From the NCBI RefSeq assembly GCF_009914755.1, contig NC_060932.1: 64,000 nucleotides of DNA; one strand, 5' to 3'. Below, in pieces: positions 43,303-60,991 of this stretch. Both the position numbers and the translations under genes were made by a program. Source of the stretch: the human T2T-CHM13v2.0 reference genome, Homo sapiens. Under the pieces are notes generated by a model. That model saw only the letters and a list, made by a program, of their open reading frames with translations, was not told the DNA's origin and made no database searches. The stretch's first letter is position 1. Each line of letters starts with the position of its first letter.

Positions 43303-43809
43303 CCCCAAACCCATTAAATACAAACTTGATATCCAGGTTTTCCCAACTTCAGATCAATTTCTCCTTTAACACAGTGGAGAGTGACAGAAAAAGTTTGGGC
43401 TTTGGGGTCACATAGACTTGGACTTGAATTCCAAGTTTAGCACTTACTAATAAAGTGATCTTTGGCTTAATTCACCAATCTCTCCCAAGCCTCAATTTCA
43501 TCAGTCACAAAAGAGTGGTAAAATTGAGCATGAAGCATTATTATGACAATTTTTTAAAAGACAATGTGTATTAAAACACATTGATAAGATAAAAATATAG
43601 TAAAACCTGAAATAAGATAAAAGAGATTAAAATACTACTATGTGCCAGGCACATATTAAGCACTCAACAAGCTGTTAGTTGTTATCATTACTATCCCGCT
43701 CTTCTGGATATAGAGCTGGCAATTGAACAATAAAATCAAATTTAATAGCATTATATTTCTAGGCTACCACAATGAAGCAATCAATAATTGGATCTCCTTT
43801 GTCTCTCCT

Positions 43810-43965
43810 GGAGCCGTGATTCTCAGGCTTTCATATGCATATGAATCACCTGGGATTCTAGTTATAAATGCACTTTCTGATTCAGGGAATCTGGATGGGC
43901 CCCAAGGCTCTGCATGTCTAAGGAGCAATGTGGAGGCTGCATTCTAGGGACCACACTGTGAGAGT
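43810..43965 (+). mobile_element. MER5-family fragment
   Basis: 'gaatcacctgggatt...ttctgattcag...ggaccacactgtgag'. Confidence 0.65.
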
Positions 43966-43989
43966 CAAGGCCCTTGAAGACAGAATGGG

Positions 43990-44386
<397 letters not shown>

Positions 44387-44849
44387 TTACATTTAGAAAT
44401 GATGTTAGATAATAAATGAGTACAGACAGCATCTTCTGTAAAAGGTCAGTGTGGTCCAACAGCTCTTGTCCCACAGTACTACCCAGGGATCTGTCCTTTG
44501 GTTTGCTGATGCAGTCACCATGTGAACAGCTGGGCACAGTTTATGTCCAACGCTTCCTCTTTGGGCCCCTGCTTGATCCCATGCCTTGGTCACATGCATG
44601 GGGCAGGAAATCTTTCAAACTATTTTATTCTGAAGCAATTTTGCCTCTTTGACAACTGCGCATGAGGGTATTTTCACAAGTATTATACTGTCACAGTAAG
44701 TCTGACTCAACTACAACGTTTAGGGAGGTATTTTAAATATTTCATGTTTACAATTCCTTGGGGAAAATATGAGCAATGTCCCAAAAATTACATATGCAAT
44801 TTGAACCAGCAATCCCACTTCTAGGAATCTACCCTCAAGATACCCATTT

Positions 44850-45240
44850 TGTGGTGGGCAGAAAGATGGAGCCCAGCAGATGTCCACATCTTAATCCCCA
44901 TAGCCTGTGAATATGTTACTTTACATGGCAAAGGGATTAATAGATATGATTAAATTAAGGCCCTTGAAATGGGGAGATTATCCTGAATTAATCGGTAGGC
45001 TTAATATAAGGGGCCCTTAAAGTGAAAGAGAGAGGCAAAGAGGTCAAAATAATGTGATGTGAGAAGATCTCAACCCATTGTGGCTGGTGCCGAAGATGGA
45101 GGAAGGGGCCACGAGCCAAGTAATTGGAGGGGCCTGGCAAGGGCTTCCTAGGACCTCAGAAAGGGATGCAGCCCTGCAGACACCTTGACTGTGGCCTGGT
45201 GAGACCCATTTCAGGCTTCTGACCTCCAGAACTAATGTGT
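44850..45240 (+). mobile_element. MLT1D-like MaLR LTR nested in an old L1M fragment (~44770-45720)
   Basis: 'tgtggtgggcagaa...gatgtccacatcttaatcccc...tgtgaatatgttactttacatggcaaa'. Confidence 0.78.
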
Positions 45241-46001
45241 CTTTCACAAATTGAAATGGCATATGCGTAAGGCCATCACTGTGGTTTCTCTTGAAACAGC
45301 TAAAGATTGGAAACAACCCAGATGTCCATCAATAGGGGACTTGTTGAATAAATACAGTAGCATACCCTGCACTTACAAAAAAGAATGAGGAAAATCTCTG
45401 TATCTAATGTGGGCTCACCTTCAGAACATATTTTCAAGTGGAAAAAAAAGCAATGTGTAGACAAGGTGTATAGTATGCTACCTTTTATGTAGGAAAGAAG
45501 GACTATATTCTTATTTGGTAAAGAGAAACATGGTAAAGATAGGCCAGAAATAAATTAATAAAAATCATTACTTATACTGTATGGGAAGAAGGAGCTAGAG
45601 AAGGCAAGTAAAACTTCATTGAACATTTTTATATATAATTTTGACTCTTGGGCCATGTAAATATTTTACAGATACAAGAAATAATATTGAATTTTAAAAT
45701 AATTTACAATAAAATTAAAATGTCTGTATTTACTAGTTTTCTGCCTATGTTCTGTATTCTAAAACCCTCCCTAGACTTTTACTTTGCTCCTAATGGAATT
45801 CTATCCCAATGCAAAACAAATACCCAAGATCAAGAAACTGCTTCCTGACAGAACAGTCAAAATTGGAGCTTGAAGGTGGGTTAGAAGTGAAAATTTCTGC
45901 TGATTTCACTGTTCCTTAAATAATATTCTGACATTATGGACCCGGTACACGACTTAACAAAGGAAATAATTATAGACCGACTCATCTCATAGCGTTGGCA
46001 A

Positions 46002-46017
46002 CAGCACCATCTGGTGG
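46002..46017 (-). promoter_or_regulatory. Candidate CTCF site
   Basis: Minus strand CCACCAGATGGTGCTG, close to the CTCF core consensus, in non-repeat DNA. Confidence 0.55.
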
Positions 46018-46289
46018 GAAAAACCTATAACTTTAAAATCGCAGTACTTATATTTTCTTTTTTAAGGGGCGAAATTCTTTTACATGCGAGAGTAGCAATC
46101 AGAAATGGTTGGTTAGTAAGATATTATTAAATCCTAGGTGAAATAAGCCTACACTTAAGGCAAGATGTTGATGGATTACATTTTAAAAGTGCACACAGCT
46201 TGCACAAAATCATTACTGAACCTTAATGCAACAAGAAGAAATTTTGACAAAATTTGTTTTGGTATCAATTATATACATGCCAAAACCAT

Positions 46290-46565
46290 GCAGCGGGTCA
46301 TGCTTGTAATCCCAACATTTTGGGAGGCCAAGGTGAGAGGATGGCTTGAGCCCAGGAGTTCAAGACTAACCTGGGCAACATGGCGAGACCCTGTCTCTAC
46401 AAAAAGTTTAAAAATTAGCTGGGCATGGTGGCACATGCCTGTGGTCCCAGCTACTTGGGAGACTGAGATGGGAGGATCACTTGGAAGTTAGAGACTTCAG
46501 TGAGCCAAGATTGTACCACTGCACTCCAGCCTGGGCAACAGAGTGAGACCCATGATTTTTATAAT
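46290..46565 (+). mobile_element. AluJ-like
   Basis: 'gagcccaggagttcaagac', 'gggaggatcacttg'. Confidence 0.85.
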
Positions 46566-47098
46566 GAATCTTACAAAAATACAGCCTGTTTTAATAAAAA
46601 ACAAACAAAAACAGCAAGGTTGAATTATAACACTGTCTCTGATTATCTGCATTCCTAAAATTGAGATGACAGAAGCTACCATGGGACTAAAGTCATTGAG
46701 TAAAATGCACCTTATTTATTTTTCCTCCTTTCTCTACCAGTATTGGCAAAAGAGTGAAATCATTTCTTTGCCCAGTGCTTATCAAAAATAGGAGATTTTC
46801 TCTTTCCTTTAAGATGAGTATTTACATACTAGGCTGAACCAGAGAACTGAGGCAATTAGGCAGTTTGGGGTAAAAATAACTTAGATTTTAAAATCTTAAA
46901 ATAACCATCATAAAAATACCATTTGGATAATTGCTTCAATTGCTCCAACATCCAAGTGGCTGTCAGATGAATCAATTCAATTCAAAAGAAATTTATTGAG
47001 CATGTACTAGGTGCCTTGCACTGCCCTGATTCAGGTAGTGGGAAGGGTAGTGGAGCTGCCTAAGAGATAGGGAAGCTTCTTCAAAATTAACGAAAGAG

Positions 47099-47398
<300 letters not shown>

Positions 47399-47721
47399 CC
47401 GGAGAGCTTTGCATTCAGCTATCATATTTAAAAGTGGCTGCTAGTGGCATTGAGTGTGGGGGCATGTGGCTAAAGGAAATGTCCTGGGGTCGCAAGGATG
47501 GAGAAGAAATAACAAATAAAACATGAAGGTAGAGAGGCAAGGATGAAGATGAACAAAAGTGGGGGAAAACAGACACACATAAGGATAAATGAAACCAGGA
47601 GGCTAATAAAAAGGGAGGAAGAAAAGTAGTGGAAATCCACATGCACTTTCTCCTAAACTGAAGCAGAGGCTACAGACGTGGACTTTTCTCTTCAGCTAAC
47701 ACTGAGTTCTAAGTGAGGTTA

Positions 47722-47925
<204 letters not shown>

Positions 47926-48038
47926 CTAAAAAGACAGCAGGAATGTGTATATGTGCAAGGAAGGTTTACTAATGACAGATATCATTATTTTATCATAAAT
48001 TAAATGCAATGCCAGGCTTTTGATCTGTTAGGTATAGG

Positions 48039-48122
48039 GGTGTGTGTGTGTCTGTGTGTGTGTGTATATGAACATATTTGTGTAAATATATCTATAACAC
48101 ATATATATATAACATGTATATT
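48039..48122. repeat. (TG)n/(TA)n microsatellite
   Basis: Direct reading. Confidence 0.85.
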
Positions 48123-48214
48123 TGGTAAAAATAATTTTGATATTCTAATCATATAAGTTAATTTTCCATATGCATATTTTACCATCACTTTTTTTTATTG
48201 AAAAGGGGAAAAAG

Positions 48215-49760
<1,546 letters not shown>

Positions 49761-50778
49761 AAAAGGTGAAAAAGATATGAAGTTATTTCTAATCACATTC
49801 TTTGAAAAGCAATATCTATATTTAAGACAATATTGATTCAGACAAACAAAATAAAAATACTGTGGATCCTTGTTGAAGTGACTCACTGTCATACTATGTA
49901 ATCAGTTTTACTTTTATTACGGAATAATCCTCTTCACTTGCTCCCCAATCCAACCCACTAAATGGTATTGGACCTGTTATCTTTCTTCTTCAAAATGTTA
50001 TTTCTTCCTTACAAAAAGAGCATGCAGTCCAGACTTAGAGTGGTAAAAATACTTCCTGTTGTCATGAAACTATAAAGCAGAAGTCCAATTTAAACCCTGG
50101 TCTGTTTTTTGTTTTGTTTTGTTTTTACAGCTCACGCTCCCTTCTCATTATTCCTCTCTGCCTTGTGGCCACTGAGCCTCAATCTCACTCACTTTAATGG
50201 GAGCTGAGCCTAAGGAGATTAAAAAAAAAGTCAGCTAATATAAAGGGCAAGAGACAGCTCTTTAAATCTTGCAGATGGTGTATCCTTCAGGCATTAATAA
50301 TGGGACTAACATGAGAAATAAATATCATCTAGTTTCCTCCAGAGCACATTTTAATATCCAGTTTCTGAAAAGAGCAGGGCTTTAAACAGCTACCTAATAC
50401 ACTGCTTAAGTCATCAGATGACACTGATGTTGACCACGCTTTGGTATTCTGAACCAGCAGCCTAAGCTTCTGAAAAACAACAACAAAGCCAAAAGTATGC
50501 TGGAGGACACAAAGAAAAGTATTTGTGTTTTCATAACTGCACATGTTTGAGATCTAAGAGCTGGTTTGCAAAGGGGAAATCCTCATTCTAGTGCATATAC
50601 CACCTGCATAAAGCTGAGAGCAGGGACTCAAGGAAATGGAGTTGGGAGTTTCTGAGCCACAGAAAATCCGTTTCCGAGCCACGGAAAATCCATTTCTGGA
50701 TTTCTCATCTTCCAATGCATTAAATGAGTTTACCTATGTAGGCCCAATCATCTTCACCTTATGTTATGGCTGCTGTCA

Positions 50779-50991
<213 letters not shown>

Positions 50992-51618
50992 CTAAAAGGA
51001 AGCAGCAACCATAACAACAATATGTTACTCTAATTTAAATGATAATTTCAACATTCTCTAAAACGTTGCATTCGGAAGAGAACTAAGTAAAATAAGGAAA
51101 ATAAGGACAATAGTTTAGTTCCACAAAAATGCAATTAAGGCCTTGATCTTTTTCCCAGGTTATACCCCATTTCATCTGATAAACTGCTGCTGCTCTCATA
51201 CTTTTAAATCATGAAAAAGTGAATAGCTTTTCCCAAAGTGCTTTATTTCTGTACTTGGATGTAAAATTCTCTGCATCTATCTCCCGATTCGAGGAAATTA
51301 TTCTAAAAAATGACCTTGAAGCCATGTTGGCAGCAACAGAAGCAATCATGGATCCAGCAGGAATGAACGTTAATGTGAGGTAAGGATTCAGGTTCCAATC
51401 TGAAAGCCATGGGTGGAGTTCTTAGAAGGAGAAAGTAGAAGATGCAGATGGACCCGGGCATGCCCAAGAAAGCACAAACTCATGGTTCAGCTGTAGAGCC
51501 AGCCGTGGTGGCATGGGACCCATTGGCAGCTCCTAGGAGGTGACAGCTGGAGACTCCACTCTGGATCCGTTGGAAGCTCAGAGGCCTTCAGGGTTGCCAG
51601 GGGTCAGGGGCAAGTTAG

Positions 51619-51945
<327 letters not shown>

Positions 51946-52369
51946 CAATAATTGCTTTTGTAGGTCAGATTCAAGTCTCAATAAGGATCAAAAATTCCAA
52001 AGGAAAAACTCATAGATTTGACCAAATAAGACTGTTTGAACTTCTATATGTTAAAACACATCCACACCCACCCACCCACACATACACACACACACAATGA
52101 AAAGTGTAACAAGCATAGGATTATTGCTCTTAGCTAATAAAAGTTCTTTCAACTTGATAAGAAAAACATGTTGAAAAATGTTGGCAACAATTCATGGAGT
52201 AATAAATGACTAAAAACACATGCAAGAAATTTCCTACTAACTAAAAAGTGCAAAATAAAGCAGCGTAATTCTATTGAGTCAGCAAAGTTTAAGAATGATA
52301 ATATTACACGTGAATTTACTCATTGCTACCACTGTTTATTCCCTTGGAAATGTCCCTCCCTTTTCTTGA

Positions 52370-52540
52370 TGGTGCTTATCACCCGGCATAGCAGTCCTTA
52401 CTTGCTGATCACCTGTCGGCCCCACCAGGATTTCAGCCCCATGAGAGAAGGGGCCTTGTAAGGTTTGTCCACTGCTGTATCCTAGAACAGTGCCTGGTGC
52501 ATAGTGCCCACTCAATAACTATTTATTGAATAAATTAATT
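52370..52540 (+). mobile_element. L2 3' end
   Basis: 'ccatgagagaagggg...cactgctgtatcctagaacagtgcctggtgcatag...tcaataac...ttgaataaat'. Confidence 0.72.
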
Positions 52541-52914
52541 GCTACTTAATTAATCTAGAAAAAAGCACCAAAATATTGAGAGTGGACAAGTGATGGAATG
52601 TGCTCCAAGTTAGGTTAAGTGACAACAGCAAGGGACAGAACATGGGACAGTGCACCTCATTTGTTCCCCCTAACAGTTTCTAATTTTTTACAATGAGTAC
52701 ATTAGTTTTATAGTCAGAAAAAAAAATGCTTGAAACATTGTTAGCATATTCACATAATGGGCTTCCAAAGGGGATTATGATCTGCATTGCTTACATGAAA
52801 TATCTTTTGCTCCCTGAGTAGAAGAGCCCTCATTAATCATCCCTGCCATCCACATCCATGGAAGAATCTCATTATACAACTTGCAAGCATATTAGCTTCA
52901 GCCTTCCTCCTCCA

Positions 52915-53534
52915 AAAGTGTGGCAACTGAACCAGCATCAGCAGCGTCACCTGGTTGCTTGCTAGAAATGCAGAATCTCAGGTCCCACCTGCTCCTAACC
53001 TACTGCTATGGGTTGACTTGGGTGAGCCAAAAATTCATATGTTGAAGTCCTAACCCCTTGTTTGGAAATAGAGTCCTTGCAGATGTAATTAGTTAAGATG
53101 AGGACACGAGCATGTGCGCTTTATCCAATGTAACTGCTGCCCTTATATCAAGTGGAAACTGGGATGCAGACCTCCACGGGGAGAACATCATATGAAGATG
53201 AAGGCAGAGATTGGGATGATGCTTCTACAAGACAAGGAATGCCAAAGGTTGTCAGCAAACTTCCAGAAGTTAGGAGAGAGGAAAGGAACAGGTTCTCCCT
53301 CAGAGCCTTCAGAAGGAACCAACCCTGCTGACACCTAAATCTCAGACTTCTGGCCTCCACAACTGTGAGGCAGTATATGTCTGTTGTTTAAGCCATTCTG
53401 TTTGTCGTACATTCTGTTTGCTAGGGTTACAGCAGCCCTAGCAAACGAATAACCCCCCTGAACAGAATCTGCAATCTGCATTTTAGCAAGGTTTACCAGG
53501 TGACTCTTTGTATACTAAAGTGTGAGAAGCACTG
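52915..53534 (+). mobile_element. MER5A split by an MLT1C-like LTR (53004-~53451)
   Basis: MER5A left part 'agaaatgcagaatctcagg...cctac', then MLT1 'tgctatgggttg...cagcagccctagcaaac', then MER5A resumes 'agaatctgc...tgagaagcactg'. Confidence 0.78.
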
Positions 53535-53574
53535 ATAAGGACAAACACCATCACCTTTGCTCCATCTTATAAAA

Positions 53575-53716
53575 TAGGAGAATAGGAAAATGAAGAGAAG
53601 GAAGGAAGGGAGGGAGGGAAGAGAAGAAAAGAAAGAAGGGAGGGAGGAAGGGAGGGAGGGAGGGAGGGAAAAGAAGAAGAGAAGGGAGGGGAGGGAAGGG
53701 AAGAAAAGGAGGGACG
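53575..53716 (+). repeat. Polypurine (GGAA/GGGA)n low-complexity tract
   Basis: About 120 nt almost purely A/G. Confidence 0.9.
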
Positions 53717-54573
53717 ATCCTAAAAGCATAAGAGTTCAGATGCATCACTAAAAATGGCATTTTTGGAGAAAAACTAACGTTAGCTGTGGACTATAAACCT
53801 TGCTATTATGTTTGCTGAACTACCTGTTAAAGATTGATTATTTGTTTTAGATTAACTTGCTGTCTAAAGCCCGAGTTTGTGGGGGATGTGAGATTATAAG
53901 ATACTCAAATAATGTCCTAATGGTGAACTCTTTCTGGTAAAAAGATTGCTGAATTAAGTGCAATGTGGAAAAACATGTTGCAATTTAAATTCCAAGTAAA
54001 AGTTTCTTCCAAAATTCACACACACATTTATGTGGGAGGAAATCAACATATTTTAACATCTCTCAGAACTGTCTTTTCTATCTAAATCATGTTATTTCTG
54101 CCATGGCCTGGGCAATTAGTGGACATGGAAGGTTGTTTTAAGCTCTATTATGAAATCATCTGACCAGGTGTGGTAACATTAGCAGAGTAGGAAGATCACT
54201 CGGTCAAGATACAGCTTGGAGAAGACTCTGGAAACAGTCCAGGCCTGTCCCTTCCTCTCTAAAGAAGGCTCATGAGTGGGAAGGCAGGCTTCTAGTTCTA
54301 GAGAATTCTAAATTTAGAATTTCCTTGATTTTATTTTTGAGAAATTAAACATTTTTTATTGAAGTTCTAACCTGTGGGAAAATACTGTTTAAAAGATTCG
54401 GGGGATATTGAATTTAAGAAAAAGAGAAATCAGTATATTAAACATTACACTTAAAGCATTGATGATTCATTGATTAAATATTAGGAGAAGCTGTTATGAA
54501 TGAGCATAAAAGATTTATCCTATTGTCTTTATATGATTTTTTTAATTTAGTTTTTAAAATTGGTAATACTTCA

Positions 54574-54903
<330 letters not shown>

Positions 54904-56052
54904 TCATAAGAGGTTTTCAACAAATTAGCTATCAATTTCCTAGTTAAGTCATTTATCATCTTGAACAATGTGCATTTGTAAGCACTTGGGCAAACTCGAT
55001 GGGTCCAGGAAATTGCAAAAAGATGCTGCCTGTTTAAATGACCCAGAAGGGCATGAATAGACTTTTCATAAATTAAGTTTAAAGTATTAAACCTGCTGGA
55101 ATTGCTTCTGCAAAAAGAATGTCATATCTGATAAGATGAAAATGGATTTGACTCAAAGAAAACAGAGTGAGGATTGTAAAGAAAAATCAAAATGGAAAAG
55201 TGGAAAAAATGCACATATTTTTTCTTGAGAAGTGATATTCATTATTATAAAATTCCATTTTATTAGAATCCATCCTGATGAACTGTATCTCTAACTGCCC
55301 TGTGGTACTCTCAGAATCCTGGGAGACTTACATGGTTCCGGTCTTGCCTCCATTCCCAGAAACCAAATGGTGACCCCTTTATCTTTCTTAGATTTGCACC
55401 TGTCCTTCTGTCCACTGCTACCACCCTGGTCTTAGTTCAGATCCATCTCATTCCTCATCTTGACTATTGTAAGAGTCCTGATTGATCTTCATCTCCCACT
55501 CCCTCCAATACAAACCCCTCATTGCAACGAGAGAGATATTTCCAAAGCAAAAATGTAACCACTTGACTCCAAAGATGAAAACTGAGTGCTTCTCCCTGCC
55601 TCTGCACAAACTGGAATCTTCATAACATGGTCTATAAATCCCTGCATTCTGCCTCAACTTGCAATATACCCCTTAGCACATTATATTACATTACATCACT
55701 ACTAATTTAAAAACTGTTACTAAATCACATGCCTTTGACTAATTATTTAAATCAATTTCATTTAAACTAAAATCACAAGATGGTTAATTGTTTTTAATTG
55801 TTGTATTCAAACAATGTAGGTGAAGAAAACAGAGACAGGAGGGATGTTGCACAGTGGCTTAGACCACGGACCTGGGAGGCTCACGGACACCAGGGTACAA
55901 AGCTCAGCATCAACACTTATTCGCTGTGGTAATCTCAGCAATTTCTTAACCTCTGTGGCCTTTAATTCGCCATCTGCAAAGTGAGGACAATTGTACCTAA
56001 ACCATAGGCTTGATAGGAGGATTAAACTGAAGTAATGTATACAGAGTGCTTA

Positions 56053-56381
<329 letters not shown>

Positions 56382-57039
56382 TCATGGTAAGTGCTTTATG
56401 GGTTGAGCACTACTATTTCAGGATTAGGAATTTTTCCATCTTCCCTATATCGTGTTACCTCATCACCAGAAATGTGGTCATGTTACAACACAGGAGGGGG
56501 CAGTGCCTCAGTCTCTCTTTCCGGCCCCCACCACCCTCCCCCAACAGCTTCCAGATACACCGGATGCCCTCATGTCCTACCTGATATGCCAGCTCTATTC
56601 TACTCCCACTTTTCTTGCTTACTTCAATAGATTTTTATTTTTCCTTAACTTACTTGGCCCCACTCCAATTCTTTTTGCTCTCAAAAATTTCACTTTTTAT
56701 ACAGGATCCTGTATGTTGTCTCCACCTTTAAATAACACTGCCTTATCTGTGGCAAAACAATACATATTTGCATTTCTTAAGAAATCCCTATTGATGTAAT
56801 GAAAATACTAGGAAAAAAATTCCTCAGGCTTTGTATTTTTATTTGAATACAGATTAATCTTCTTACCTTCTTCCTTCTAAAAGTGTCTTCCCAGTATGAC
56901 AAGACATCCCTTGAGGATGAAGGACATTTTTCTAATAGAATCTGCTGTTAATTAAAGCATTAGAAGAAAGTCCTCTTTTAGCATCTACTGAACTAGAAAA
57001 TCAAGCTTAAAGAACTATTCTTTGTATTCTTTCCCTATT

Positions 57040-58020
<981 letters not shown>

Positions 58021-58528
58021 CAGAAAAGTTCTACCACATCCAAGCCACTGTATGTAGTGAAGGGAGTGGGAGATCACACAAATAATTAGGCAATGATTCT
58101 GCCCTCAGGGTGTTTATAGGAGAAGCAGAAATATGAATAAATAAATATAAAATAGTTAGATTGTAATAACAGGTAGCAAGTCTACTTTTAAAATAAACAG
58201 TAGTATAAAAATTGCTAAAGGGAGGTAAAATTTGCTAAGCTCCCTAGAAGAGGTACAGAGAAAAGATGACTGGGAATTCAGAGGAGAGAAAGATCAACTC
58301 AGAGATTAGAGACGGCTTGGATTTCAATCAGGATTAGGACCTACACGTGGAAGTTTCCAATTAAGTATAATGATATCTGACTCACAGCAAGTGCTGTGAT
58401 GCTGTTTTTGTGCACCATGATGCTCTAGGAACTATTCCAATGTTTTGCATATTTTAACCATCTCAAGAGCTCCACAGTAGGTACTATGGTTAACTCCATT
58501 TTAGGGTGGTGAATACTGAATACAGAAA

Positions 58529-58646
58529 ACCCAGATGACGGGCTGATGGGTGCAGCAAACCACCATGGCACATGTATACCTATGTAACAAACCTGTACAT
58601 TCTGCACATGTATCCCAGAACTTAAAGTAAAATAAAGAAAAAAAAA
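58529..58646 (+). mobile_element. Very short L1PA 3' end inside a MIR
   Basis: 'ggtgcagcaaaccaccatggcacatgtatacctatgtaacaaacctg...cagaacttaaagtaaaataaa'; flanking AATACAGAA repeats. Confidence 0.88.
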
Positions 58647-59447
58647 CTTAATACAGAACCGTCAATAACTTGGCCAAAGTCTCATAGCCAGCAAGGAGCA
58701 ATGGCAGGGTTGGAATCTGAGTCATCAGGCCCTAGAGCCTGAGCCTCTGGGAAACGTGAACTGCATGAAGAGACGCTCTGAGGAAGAAGATCTGGGGGGA
58801 AGAGGTAGCAGCTCAGCAGAAAATGTTAAAGGGCAGAATTAAGGTGACTGGGGACCATATAAAGTGGTGGTCCCAGAGGAGGAAAACAGGGCAATGATTG
58901 TTTTCAGTTGCGAAGGGAGTCAGGTGAGCTGATTTGACTAGGATGAGTGAGACGATGGCAGGCGAGTGGACAGAGGAGGAGCATGATCTGCACTTAGGAG
59001 GGACGTGAATGAAGTGGGGAACATCCTGAGAGTGAGGTGCTTGGGCACGTGTCCACCTGGTGGCATTTGCAGACAGGAAGACATACAGACCTGTTTCCAA
59101 ACAGCATACAAGACTAGGAGAAAATGTAGGAGTGACCTATTAGAGGATGCCATAGAGGTCCCGAGACTGGCCGAAATGGCCAGGGAGCGAGAAGCCAGAC
59201 ATGACAACATGAGCCACAATAACATGCTTCGGAACATACCAACACTCAGCACGAACACAAAACCACACTGAGCCAAGACAAAATGTTTACAGTGGCTGGT
59301 TCTAGGTGGTATAATTCCAGGTCATTTTAATTTTCCCCTACTTCAATTTTATTTTCAATATTTGCTAAACTTTCTATTAAAATCATAATTTTATATGAAA
59401 AATAAATATTTTACATATAAATATATGACACAGGGCATATATATGTA

Positions 59448-59784
59448 CAGCCATGTACCATAATGGTGTTTTGATCAATGACAGTACCACATGTATGACG
59501 GTGGCCCCATAAGATCACAGTACCATATTTGTACTGTACCTTTTCTATGTTTAGCAATGTTTAGATACACAGTTATTATTGTCATTGCCTATGGTATTCA
59601 GTAGAGTAACTACTGAACAGGTTTGTAGCCGAGGAGCCACAGGTCATAGCATATAGCCTAGGCGTGTAGTAGGCTATACCATCTAGGTTTGTGTAAGTAC
59701 ACACTATGATGGTCTCACAACCACAAATTTGCCTAATGACACATTTCTCAGAATGTATTCCTGCTATTAAGTGACACATGACCA
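59448..59784 (+). mobile_element. Tigger3a (TcMar-Tigger MITE)
   Basis: TA|cagccatg ... catgacca|TA; 'ctataccatctaggtttgtgtaagtacacactatgatg'. Confidence 0.82.
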
Positions 59785-60449
59785 TAAATGGTGTATAAAT
59801 TAAATAGACAGAGCTGTTGATGGTCTTCTTACCAGACTGAAGATATGATAGTCAAAGGGCCACTCTTCTAAAACTAAAGCAAATGAAAATTCTCGGGGCT
59901 ACAATTTGAAAGCTCTTAAATGAGGGTTGATCACAAATGCTCCACCTTCCTAATTAACTAGGAGCAGGAAAGAGACAGGAGAGGAACAACCACTTATCTT
60001 TTGTTTCTTCTTGTTCTGTTTCTTATCCCCATTCTTATCTCCCTCTCCTCAACCCCAGACTGGGAATGAGTTTGGAGAAGCTGTATTGAATGGGAAAGGA
60101 TGGCTGGGGCCAATTTCTCTCAGATAGCTACATGAAGCCTAGTTATTTCCTTTGCTTTTATTCCTGATTGACTTATTTCCATTTTTATTTGTCAGTTAGC
60201 CAAACAAAATGGATTTAGCTTTTCTAACCTGGCTCACAAATCAATTATTTCAGCTCCTAATTACTTTCACTGTTCTTCCTTGTAAACCTTCCAGTTTATC
60301 TAAAAAACTCTTTTGGGGGACAGGGGAGCCCACACTGCTTCCAGAAGAAATGCAGTGGAACAGAAATTGAGATAAACTCTAACAGTGGGTCATAATATTA
60401 CACAAGATTTTGTTTAAGAATATTCCATTGTAAATCATTACTGAAAGTA

Positions 60450-60991
60450 CAGGAGTTATCCCTTATCCAAGAGGGATACATTCCAAGACCTCCAGTGGAT
60501 GCCTGAAACTGAGGATAGTATTGAACCCTACATATGCTATGTTTTTTCCTATATGTACATACCTGTGATAAAGTTTAATTTATTACTGGGCACAGTAAGA
60601 GACTAACAGCAATAACTAATAAAAAATAGAACAATTAGCCAGCATCACTCTTGCACTTTGGGGCCATTATGAAGTAAAATAAGGGTGACTTGTGGGTGGC
60701 CACAAGCACTGCAATATTGCAACAGTTGACCTGATAACCGAGCCAACTACTAAGTGACTGACGGGCAGGGAGCGTCTATAGCATGAATGTGCTGGACATA
60801 GGGAGGACTCACGTCCCAGTCCCAGGCAGGATGGAGCAGGATGTCTTGAGGTTTCATCACACTACTCAGGACGTTGTACAATTTAAAACTTATGATTGTT
60901 TATTTCTGGAATTTTCCACTTAAGTTTTTTGGACTACAGTTGACCTCAGGTAACTGGAGAAATTGAAACTGTGATTCAGGGTACACTACTG
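60450..60991 (-). mobile_element. MER44-like Tigger derivative
   Basis: TA-flanked; 'cccttatcc...ttccaagacctccagtggatgcctgaaac' ... 'tacactactg'. Confidence 0.75.
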
